From positions 806,001 to 858,319 of the forward strand of contig AP026143.1 of assembly GCA_030295235.1 (NCBI GenBank): a stretch of DNA of 52,319 nt. Reading direction: 5' to 3'. This document shows, piece after piece, positions 35,703 through 45,325 of this stretch (positions are counted from its first letter, which is position 1; each line of letters opens with the position of its first letter). The position numbers and the translations under genes were made by a program. The notes under the pieces were generated by a model. It was given only the letters and a program-made list of their open reading frames with translations. It searched no databases and was not told where the DNA came from. This stretch comes from Fistulifera solaris. Taxonomy: Eukaryota.

Positions 35703-36980
35703 ATGTCGTGTTCTCCTTGGCTGCGCTGGCTATCCTTCGTCTGTTATTGTTGCACTTTCTGGCTGCAAAGTCCATCGACGGCGTCGTCGCTTGCCTTCAT
35801 CTCGTCACACAGCAATCTTCATCGTAAGCGATCAGCTTCTTCGTTACGACAAGAGCCGCATCAACAAGAGGAAAATATTCAAGTATTTGATGCACCAAAG
35901 GAATGCCCTTATTCGATGCGGTTTTCACCGCAACGGATTAATTTGACGCGACCCAAAAAATTGCCTCGTAACAATATCCTCGGATTGCCCTCTTTCTTTC
36001 CGGGACGTCGAAGTCGTTTCGAGCAAGCTATCTCCTGTGAACGATTAGAATGGTGCGAAGAAACAGATGGCCTCGCTCTCCTTGCTCGGCTTTTTCATAC
36101 AGCAGCCACCGCAGCCGAAAATAATCTTGTCATGGCTTTTCCGGATGCGTCATCGTATTCTTTGCTCCACAACGCTGTCGAGATTCTTGGCCCATACGCT
36201 CCACAATGGGATCTACAAATCATATGGGGGCCTCTGCCGCATATGAAATTCACTAAAACACTCAATTCGGATTCAGCAAACAACAATCAGCACGACAGAG
36301 CGTGGGTTGACAGCGAAACTCACCAGAGACGCACTCAAGCATGGGTCCAACGTCTTCTTGTCACGCATGGGATTTGTCCGTATACGCGCACTGACACAAA
36401 GTCCGGACAAGGGATATCAGGAGTCCCTGTTGCACCAATTGCTTACAGTGCCACACCTGCTACTTCGTTGCTAGAAATTGTTTCCGTTGCCCTCACCACG
36501 ATTCAACACGATATGCTCGACGTTGGACCAGAGCAAACGAGTAGTATTCTTCTCGCTGCGCCGGAGTTCGACAGCCGTTTGGAAGAATGGAGTGGGCCTT
36601 TCTTTTCTATATTGCAAGCCTGCATAGTAGCGGTCTCGTTGACGGACACGATTGGCGTCGTTTGCTTTCATCCCGAGTACAAAGTATCTGACGGTCAAAC
36701 CTGGCCCGGTTTTGGGCACATGCACAGCGTTCCGAAATTGCAGCAATTGACGGATATTGAATCTTGGGATGAAGCTGCCGCAGGAGGCGCTTGGCAACGT
36801 CGAACCCCGCACGCGACATTGAATGTACTATGGGCGCCACAACTCGCTTTGGCAGAAAAGCAGCGGAAAACAACAAGCCTGTATCGAGAAAATATTCGAA
36901 AGCTAGTGCACGGTATTGGTGTTGAGAATTTGCAGATAGATTTGGAACGAGAGCGGAGGCTGTTCGAAATTGTTGAGTGA
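35703..36980 (+). CDS. DUF1415-like protein, probably plastid-targeted
   Basis: 425-aa ORF. TQAWVQRLLVTHGICPY, TSSILL, VVCFHPEY and RRTPHATLNVL match the DUF1415 pattern (W...LCPF / FHP.Y / RSPYP.LHL) as recalled. N-terminal SSLA-FISS. Confidence 0.7.
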   Translation: MSCSPWLRWLSFVCYCCTFWLQSPSTASSLAFISSHSNLHRKRSASSLRQEPHQQEENIQVFDAPKECPYSMRFSPQRINLTRPKKLPRNNILGLPSFFPGRRSRFEQAISCERLEWCEETDGLALLARLFHTAATAAENNLVMAFPDASSYSLLHNAVEILGPYAPQWDLQIIWGPLPHMKFTKTLNSDSANNNQHDRAWVDSETHQRRTQAWVQRLLVTHGICPYTRTDTKSGQGISGVPVAPIAYSATPATSLLEIVSVALTTIQHDMLDVGPEQTSSILLAAPEFDSRLEEWSGPFFSILQACIVAVSLTDTIGVVCFHPEYKVSDGQTWPGFGHMHSVPKLQQLTDIESWDEAAAGGAWQRRTPHATLNVLWAPQLALAEKQRKTTSLYRENIRKLVHGIGVENLQIDLERERRLFEIVE

Positions 36981-37744
36981 TTTCCCTTAGCAGGTCCAAG
37001 TTCAAAACTAGAAAGATCAGATGAATCCGATCTAAGCAATATCATCTAATTAATTGATATAATGAATGTGTATGGCTTCGGATATATATCCTTGTATTTG
37101 ATTGACAGAAAGAGTTTCATAAGCAGCTATGATGGTCAATAACGACGGGTAAAAGACACAGGTCTCTACTTGTTGCGCAGATACCACCTGCTTCATCAAA
37201 CCGAATAGTCAGATGTCATTATAACTTAAATGACGATTGGCCGCTCAAAATAGTTGGATCGAGATTCGATTCATTGCAAACAAGTTGGCAAATGACGGCG
37301 GTCAGAACTGAATTTGACGTGTAGCAAGTAATCTTGATAAACTTCCTGCGCGTTACTCATGAAAGCCCGCCTAGAAAGGCGCACTCCTTGTTATTGCATA
37401 GCTCACTTTAATTCATAACCAAACTAAATAGCAGTTTCCGTTATTCGATCATGTCCGGTAAAGTGGTTTGATTTATGGTCGATCCAGTCTTCTTCCGAAT
37501 TAATCATTCAAAGGAAAATGCATCGAGGCGATTGTTCTGTTGATCAGACTCGACTCTAGCCAATCGTTGTTGACGTAGTAAAAGCAGCGGTTGAGCGTTT
37601 ATTACAACACACCCACCTTCACTCTCATTATAGCGTCGAGATCGCATCAAGCCGTTAATGTGGCGGTGATGAATTTTATCCCTCATCGTTTTGGCGGAAC
37701 GCACATTACCGTATCTCCAATTCACGCAGCAATGACGAACATAA

Positions 37745-37786
37745 GGTACGTTCTTATCACCGCACATGTGCAGCACATGTGCACAT
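37745..37786 (+). repeat. Left TIR of the Harbinger element
   Basis: GGTACGTTCTTATCACCGCACATGTGCAGCACATGTGCACAT, preceded by TAA. Confidence 0.9.
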
Positions 37787-38041
37787 TGCGCGCCCGCCTG
37801 CCATTGAATTGCTGGTGCCTCCAAAACACACACTCTTATCAGTGCACATTTCTCTTGCAACTGCACATCTTTTTGATGTCACAGCAGACATAAAAATTTC
37901 TAAATAACAATACCGGTCTTCATTTCTCCCCCCTTTATTTCATCGCAAGTTTTGTTGCCATCTTTTTGTTTTTGTCAAATCTCTTCTAATCTTTGTCTTG
38001 ATCATTTATCAAGCTTCTTACATTCTGGTTTGAATAACATA

Positions 38042-39311
38042 ATGACTCGCTATACTACAAAGACTATGAAGGTATTGGAAACGACCAGTACTAGTCGTTT
38101 TCACAAAAATTTAGAGGAGTGCATCATGTTGAGATATGTTGCTCGCAAGAAGCGCCTCCGGAAATTGATGCTAGCTGCCAGTATTGTTCTAAATACAAGA
38201 GAACCCAAGGTAGTCTACGAACGTATGGACTGGGATCTTTATGTTCAACGGCTGATGAGACAATCTGAAAAACAATTTTCCCGGAAGAACAGGATGCAGA
38301 TCCAGTCGTTTTTGTTGTTGGTTGACTTGATTTCGCCTTACCTTCCTGTTCATTACTCTTCTGGGATAGCGGGGACACAGCCGATCCCTGTTGAAGTTCA
38401 GCTTCACATGCTCCTACGCTGGCTTGCTGGCGGGTCATACATCGGCGTGAGAGCGATCAAATGGGTCTCAGCATGCAGTCATTTTACCGATTGCTTCATA
38501 AAGTGATGCGGGCGATTGTCGAATGTGACGCCCTTAAACTTCATTTTCCAACGACGCCGGCCGAAATAGACGAAGCAGCTAAGAAGTTCATGGCCATTTC
38601 CTCGCATGGAATAATGAAGGGGTGTATTGGGTGCCTCGATGGATACCATTTAGAGACACGAGCTCCAAATAGTTCGGAAACTAAAACGGCCATGGCTCAT
38701 TTTTCTGGTCATTACGGTTCGTACGGAGTCAATATACAAGCTGTGTGCGATGAGAGATCTCGTTTTCTCTATATTGATACTGGAGGGGTCGGGAGTTGCA
38801 GTGATAGTCGGGCTTTCGACAACACCCAGTTGCCAAAGTTGGTTGCTAACTTACCTTACTGGAAATATATAGTGGCAGACAGCGCATACACCTGTACAAC
38901 CAAGATTTTGACTCCTTTACAGGATCCCAGAGATCTGATCGATCAAAGAGCGACTTCAATTACTTCCTCAGTCAGCTTCGAATGAAGATCGAATGTGCGT
39001 TCGGTATAATGACGCAACGCTGCCGTGTACTTCGGTCATTGGTTTTGATCAAACAAACCCGAATTTATACGTTTATTCAGTGTATTGCTCGGCTACATAA
39101 CTTCTGTATTGATCAAAAGGACAAGGCACATACCTTCTTTGATAGCCCACAGGGGGAGGGCGCCCGACCTGCCGTAAGCGAGCCTGCGAACTTGGAGCGC
39201 CAGTGCGTACAAAGGAATTCCAACCTTGTCCGACAAGCAATCGTCGACCAGATCATTGAAAAGGGGGTAGCCCGAACCTCCCGTAACCTAACTAGAAACG
39301 GTGGATACTAA
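38042..39311 (+). CDS. Harbinger/PIF DDE transposase (HARBI1-like, DDE_Tnp_4); two frameshifts
   Basis: Motifs LHMLLRWLAGGSY, GCIGCLDGYH (D1), FSGHYGSYGVNIQAVCD, YIVADSAY (D2), FNYFLSQLRMKIECAFG (E) and ARLHNFCI. Shifts at ~38450 and in the T-run at ~38916. Confidence 0.9.
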
Positions 39312-39349
39312 TCGGAGTAAGTTCAACATTCATTCACGTGGTTACGTTC

Positions 39350-41273
39350 TTATTTAAACCTCTCACGAGTAGGATTTTTATTGGCATTCGGAAACAGAAT
39401 AGCTTTAAGCTCTTCCTTCCTATTCATATACATCGTCAAATCTTTTCTGTAATACTCCACGCGGTGCTGTGGAGGATTGTTGTCAAGTATGTCAAACAAG
39501 CGTTCAAGACGATTGTCCACGTCTTTGAGTTCTTCTCGTGTCGGCCCTCTTCTCATCTTGGCGACGCTCTTCTTCAAGATCATACGTTGATTGAGCGAAT
39601 TGCAACTTTTTGACCTCGAATTCATGCGACTGCTTGTATTGCTCAACCAGATCCTTGATGCCCGATTGTTCTGACTCCCGATCGACGACCAACTCCTTCA
39701 AGAGATCCGTGAAAGCCTTTTCCTTCTTGCGCTTGTTTCCAGTGGCTTCTGTTGTATGCGCATTGCCGTTTCGTCCTTCCCTGATCCGGGAAGATCGGCC
39801 TCAACGACCTCGATAACGTTAGGTCTCTCTTTTAGGCACAAATGAAAGTAATACATAACAAGATTACCGTTTGTGAATTGATAGAAATCGTTCGAGTGCT
39901 GCCCAGATGCAGTGTAGTTCTTCTTGTGCCTATTGTATTCGGCACAACACGCTTTCCACATTTCTCGCAACTTCTTCCAGGAATGCTCACAGTAGTGATT
40001 AAGATCAAGACCAGGGCGGTCCTTGAAGTACTCGTTGTCTTCGTACTTGTTTATTCCATATTCTTCTATCGAATCAACATAAGACTCACGCACGGGTCTC
40101 CAGAACCACTGTTGATGTTTTATCGTTCGCGTTGTCTGAGGTGTCCCTTCCTTCTCCTTTCTTCATCAAGTTCTCTAAGCCCTTCACATGTTCGGGTGAG
40201 AAGACAACATTGAACAAACGCATTTTGCAGTTAGCAGTCGCTTTATCGGGCGCGACTTTCTGTTTTCCGTGTTTTCCAAGATTGTTGCCGGGGGGCGGTC
40301 TTCCCATTTGATCCCATTCATCATATTCCTTCTCCATGACTTTAATCATTTCGTGTTTTGGCATATTGCGCGTGCCCACTCCAGTGCACTGTGAAACAAT
40401 AGTGCGCATTGCTTGGGCGGAGATCTCTTTCCATGTCTTGCTGTCGTAACCAACAACCTTTCCGTCGGTGTCGAAGAAAAGTCGGAACAAGGAGTTGACA
40501 GGTTTTCCGTCACTGTCGGGAACGTCAGAGTTTGTGGGTGACGATTTCTTTTTCTTGCTGGTGGATGATGCTTTCTTTGACGCGGTCACCTTAGCCGCTG
40601 GCTTGCCGTCGGTGCTCAGATCGTCATCAGTAGGATCCGGCGGGGGAAACTCACCATCGTCTAGGGGCACAAGTTCGGCGAAGCAATGGAGTTTGTGGGG
40701 GCGCTTCCTGTGCAAGCGTCCCAACTCCAAGTCCTCCATTTCGGATTCAGATTCATTGGAAGAGTCATCTGGTTTTGGACAACGAGCCACAGGACGTTTG
40801 GCGTGGGTTACCTGTGGAGTAAACGAATCGTCATCGTCCGAGTCATCCGAAGGAAGACTATGTCCTCTTGCAGGAATCTTTCTTCCCAGATCACAACCAT
40901 ACCCTTCAGGGCAAATAACACGGCCAGCGTCGTCGTATGGATGGCCGCAGCCAAATTCGCTGTTGTGTAATTGAAAGCCACACTTTACGCACTTGTATCG
41001 GTTGCGAAGTTCAAATTTGTTTTGACATCGCCGGATGTCCGAGATCACAATAACCTTTTTTACGTTGCCCGCTTGGTCATCAGTGGGCGCTTCCTCGGAT
41101 GTAGGCGCTTCAAACATCACTTCCTTTGACGGGGCTGCCTTCTTCGGCTTTCCCTTTGCGGTCGGAGCTTTGGTTTTCACCGTTGCGGCCGTCTCTGTCT
41201 TGTTATTCACCGACTTTGCATTCCCTTTCGTGGGATGGCCTGTCACAGGATGTTTCCCAACTCTTTCCGACAT
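39350..41273 (-). CDS. Harbinger ORF2 (accessory DNA-binding protein, Myb/SANT-like by position); about three frameshifts
   Basis: Chain of overlapping ORFs 40086..41273, 39698..40093, 39504..39701 and 39350..39646. Cys/His motif CVKCGFQLHNSEFGC...C, RLFNVVFS, and KLREMWKACCAEY...YTASGQHSNDF. Lies inside the TIRs, convergent with the transposase. Confidence 0.72.
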
Positions 41274-41595
41274 TTTCTTGACCGGCGGGGCTTTAAATGC
41301 AGCACCACAAACAATTTGCTGTTGTTATCCGAGCAAAGGCTGGTTGGAAGAAACGAAGCGGGGGGTGGCAATTAAGAGAGCAAGCCAACATGGAAATAGG
41401 GACGAAAAATTTTGCGTTGTTTTTTTGTTAGGATGCATTCGTGAACGATCGAAAATCGTCCGTGTGCAAGACTCCCAACGATGTGCAACGATGTGCATAA
41501 TTCTAAATAATTGATGAGTTTTGCTATTTTCATCGAGCCGGTGCACACCAAAAAATGACCGACAGGCGCGCATTTTCCGGGTTAGTTCGAAAAAT

Positions 41596-41637
41596 ATGTG
41601 CAAATGTGCTGCACATGTGCAGTGATAAGAACAACCC
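41596..41637 (-). repeat. Right TIR of the Harbinger element
   Basis: Reverse complement is GGGTTGTTCTTATCACTGCACATGTGCAGCACATTTGCACAT; followed by TAA on the + strand. Confidence 0.9.
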
Positions 41638-41647
41638 TAAGAAAGTA

Positions 41648-41750
41648 AGGGTTAGAAATTTGGGAATTGGGATATGGAACTTAGGGTTAGGAATTTGGAA
41701 ATTGGGATACGGAACTTGGAACATGGAAAAGGAACTTAGAACTAGGTAAA
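41648..41750 (+). repeat. G-rich telomere-like subtelomeric repeat, left copy (first 35 bp tandemly duplicated)
   Basis: 41681-41750 is TTAGGGTTAGGAATTTGGAAATTGGGATACGGAACTTGG...AACTTAGAACTAGGTAAA, 65/70 identical to 50762-50831. 41648-41682 is a near copy of 41683-41717. Confidence 0.9.
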
Positions 41751-41863
41751 TAGGAAGCTGGAACCAGTAAACGAGGGGAGTAAGGAAGATGGAAGTGAAG
41801 GAAATGATGAAAATAAGGGAAAATATAAAAGGTGACGGAAAATGCAAATCAAACTATCTTTTT

Positions 41864-42254
41864 TTATTTTGTGGTGCAACAGAGACAACTGCAGCTCTGC
41901 GTGGGTGCGTTCGGGTCCATTTCGCAGACTTTGATCAATGTTGTACCAACATGAACGGTGTCCTCTTTGTAGATTTGCTGGGTGTGATCGTAGAGCTTTG
42001 TTGTAGTGAGTTGGACCACCGAAGCATCATTACGGAAGGCGATTCCTTGTAGTGCATCCAAAACAAGCTTGACGCCAATTGTCAATGTCGGGAGCATGCG
42101 TGACAAACTTTGGGGCATTGCTTTTCAAAGGCCATGGTTCTCCCGCGGGCCTGACCATGAAGTGGTGCTTCGGACGTGGAAAGTAGAACTTGACGGTAAT
42201 GGCGCACGGGTTGCCATTGCAACGAAAGATACCAGCAGGGGCTTGCATCAATGC
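41864..42254 (-). pseudogene. RusA-family Holliday junction resolvase, 5'-incomplete, one frameshift
   Basis: Removing one G at ~42075 joins ORFs 42030..42251 and 41864..42118 into ITVKFYFPRPKHHF...APDIDNCVKLVLDALQGIAFRNDASVVQLTTTKLY, matching the RusA DxDNxxKxxxDALxGxxxxDD...K motif. It is preceded by ccttag (stop or splice acceptor), and no N-terminal part was found. Confidence 0.75.
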
Positions 42255-42551
42255 CTAAGGAATAACACTTTACTGTGGGCTATAGTGTACAATTTTCATT
42301 TGAAATCCGTTTCGAGCATTTTAAAATCAGTTTCTGAATCACTACTGTAATTCTTACGTCCGCTTTTCAGAAAGTAATTTCAACACATTTTGAAATGCAT
42401 CTTAAAAATGACGGAAACGATTTTGAACAAGTCACCGCAACATGTAAAAACCACAATTGCATGCAACGACTACGACTACGATAAAATTATCATTTTCAAA
42501 GCTTTTACCGTCAAACTTTTTCATTATCTTACTTTTATTGTCTTAGAGCAG

Positions 42552-42577
42552 GCAAGGGCGCCGCAGGCGCTCCTTGC
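42552..42577. other. GC-rich hairpin
   Basis: GCAAGG-GCGCC-gca-GGCGC-t-CCTTGC, an 11-bp stem with one bulge, in AT-rich surroundings. Confidence 0.7.
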
Positions 42578-43781
42578 GAAATGTAGCTTCAACGAATCAC
42601 GTTATAGTTTCGTTGCTGCTCCGGTGGCATCAAATTCACAACGCCGAGACGCACTACCGCTCCCGACGATGATCTCTGGCGCTCTTCTTTAACCAGTTAA
42701 CGTAAACTATAGAAATAAAGATTGTATCACCTTTTGATTTGTTATAAATGCAGTTATTATCAAAAGAGTCGGCTGTGAAGCGAGTCGAGTTGCTGCGGTG
42801 AAACTTTGATGACTGTTTTGAGCTTCTACAGCTCCCTTTTCACGATTTTTTCTCGTGAAGCCTGCTCCTTGTATTTTTTTATGAATTATTATCGTTAAAT
42901 GGGCTAAAGAATCATTTGCTTTGACCTCTTGATTGCCATCAAGGTCGTCCGCTCATTGCCGTCGAATTCCGCGTAGAAACGAAACTCGTCCGAACGGTTT
43001 GAGTTTTGAACGCTCTTCAACGAATTTGAAATCGTCTGTCCTCCAACCGACAATTTTTAAAACGCGCTTGAGCGATTTTAAAATCGTCTGTCCTTCTCCA
43101 CCTACTCCGGAGGGATTTTTGAACGGACTTTGAATTCTTTTTGAAATCGCGCGCTCATTTGATTGAAAGTGTGTTGTCACCAACTCGCGCGTCGTGCTTT
43201 CCTCAGCCTCGAAGCGAGTATTTTGTCTTTTAAAACCTTCTTTCTGTTCCAATTCACTCCTACATATGATAATTCACGTAGGAGTGATGCCAGGGAGTTT
43301 ATTTTCTGTTTCGGGAAGGTCAAAGGTTGGCGGCAAAGTACGACGCGCACTCCGTCATCGAAAGTCGACCTCCGGAAGCGATCCTCGTTTCATCATTGGA
43401 CTCTTTTTTCTTCCCCAGCCGCTATCTGTTCGAATAATAAATTCAAGATGTTTTGAAGAGCAGAATAATTTCGAAAAGCTATTTGACTCTTCGCAAAAGA
43501 CAAAAAATGCTTTTCGTTCCGACGTCGTCAAATTTTCGTGTCAAGTACTTTCCGTAGCGACTAAAAGGTTTTACGCTGTGGCTCTTCCACAATTAACTCT
43601 CTTTATTAATAAATGTTTTATACTACAATCATTTATTTGTTCTTTGTTAGATAATGCTATCGTTTTTCGTTCATTTGTTGCATTCGAATGATGTGCACGG
43701 GACTCGTGTCTCGTTAACCAATTTTGTGTAGTCTTGAGTGTATGAACGGTTGACCTACAGACGTATCATTCGTTGCTAGAG

Positions 43782-44030
43782 CTAACTTGCATCCCCTCGA
43801 GCAATTACTAACCATAGTAACTTGGGTGTTTGGGGAGAGGGGGAAAGGAGCCGCGCAGCAACGGGATCTCTCCCCAAACCCCAACTTAGTACTAGGGTTA
43901 GTTCTACGCGGCTAAGGTGCAATTGTTAGGTTTACACCCCCCTTGGGTAGGGTCAAGGATGGGGGAACACCTCTTCTTACGCACGTCCGCTGCTAAGGGG
44001 ACGGCCCGGTAGGGCGGTCCTTTGACAAGG
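43782..44030 (+). other. Long imperfect fold-back followed by small hairpins (structured RNA or DNA element of unknown class)
   Basis: GTTTGGGGAGAG (43828-39) pairs with CTCTCCCCAAAC (43868-79). The stem is extended by TTGGG/CCCAA, ACTAACCaTAGTA/TACTAgGGTTAGT (43807-19/43890-902) and CTAAC-TTGCATC/GGTGCAA-tt-GTTAG (43782-93/43916-29). Confidence 0.6.
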
Positions 44031-45325
44031 CAGAAGGTTCAGTTGGGTGTCGGCTGTTGTAATAGAGTTAGGAGTAGAAGTAGAAGAAGTAGGATGATTA
44101 TTTGTCGATATTTTGTGATGAATAGTTTACGAAAACTCGAATTACGAGTGGCTAAAGTGTTAGGTACGGCGCATAAATTGACTTAGTTGCTATCATTATG
44201 GAATAGACGCTTGATTATTGATACAGTGAGTACGGTAAGCGGGCACTACACGATGCGATTTCGACTTTATCGATTTTGTCGAATTTGACGACCGACGTTC
44301 GAATATCAAAATCTAAGAAAGCGCTATGATTTGACAAGCAAGGACCCCAAAAAAGCATTTAATAAATTCATGTCAAAGTTACTGTACGCTTTTTGCGCTG
44401 AAATCGCGTCTCTAATGCTTGCATTTGTAGAATCGAAATTTTCGGTCGAACTACGAACCTACTTTGATTTTATTTCTATGACGTTTCAAGACACTGTTTC
44501 GCTCAATCATAGCAAGTCAGCAGTCGACCTTAGCTGGAGGGAGTAATTTATTTATCAAGAACAGGAATTGCTTTTCGATACGGCATCGCAAGAGCTGCGA
44601 GCGTCCCTTGTTTTCGACGAAAAATACGACTTGTACTTTGAAACGCCGCTGCGCAATCGTTTTCGAATAAATCCGCGCGCTTCTTTTGCATCCTCGTCCG
44701 AATACATAGTAGTTGACAGTAGTGTGTTGGTATTTCCAAAAAGTAAATGATACATAAAGTAAATGACGGCCTCCGATGTCATGGTTGATTGGTGTCGTTT
44801 TGAGAAAAAAGGATTCCGAAACGGACACGACTGACGACTGACGCGTGTAATCAAACACCCTGCGACACATAATAATTTTTTTACAGTATGCGAAACAGTA
44901 AAATCATACGGGTCTAGGCACCTTAATTGCTATAGTAACTTTTTAGCTCGTAAAAAGAACAAAAATTGAGAAAAGTTGCACACATGGTCAAGCGACTATA
45001 GATCCCAAGATCCTTCTTAGACCCAAGTGTGAAAGTCATTTGGGAATAGGTACTTTTGTCGCTAGAGTTAGCTTGTCCTTTTGGATTGCAGGTAGAATGC
45101 AACTGCAAAGTGTGGTATGACATCGCCGTCCACGGCTTTAACACAGCAAATACAGAAACTAAACTTCAACTTACGATCACAAAATCTGTGTTTGATATTC
45201 ACCAAACCAGGTCATTTGACAGCAGAAATCATCACTTTTCGCTCACAATTTGTTCAAGAACGAATTGTTTGCTTGCCTTCCTCAATCATTTTCAAAAAAT
45301 CAAACAGCTTCCGACCATTTCTTCA

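Larger units (their letters stand above)
37745..41637 (+). mobile_element. PIF/Harbinger DNA transposon, 3893 bp, two convergent ORFs
   Basis: 42-bp TIRs (37/42 identical), TAA target-site duplication at 37742-37744 and 41638-41640, a DDE transposase on + and a second ORF on -. Confidence 0.93.

Noticed and set aside
43782..44030. Telomerase RNA candidate (minus strand contains CTAACCCTA)
   Set aside because: The would-be template is buried in a long stem, and I saw no convincing promoter, terminator or pseudoknot. Kept only as an unclassified structure.
43975..44060. Group I intron or ribozyme-like words (tccgctgctaag, gaaggttcag)
   Set aside because: The R/S core (GACUA...UAGUC) is missing, and no hammerhead CUGAUGA/GAAA core is properly arranged.
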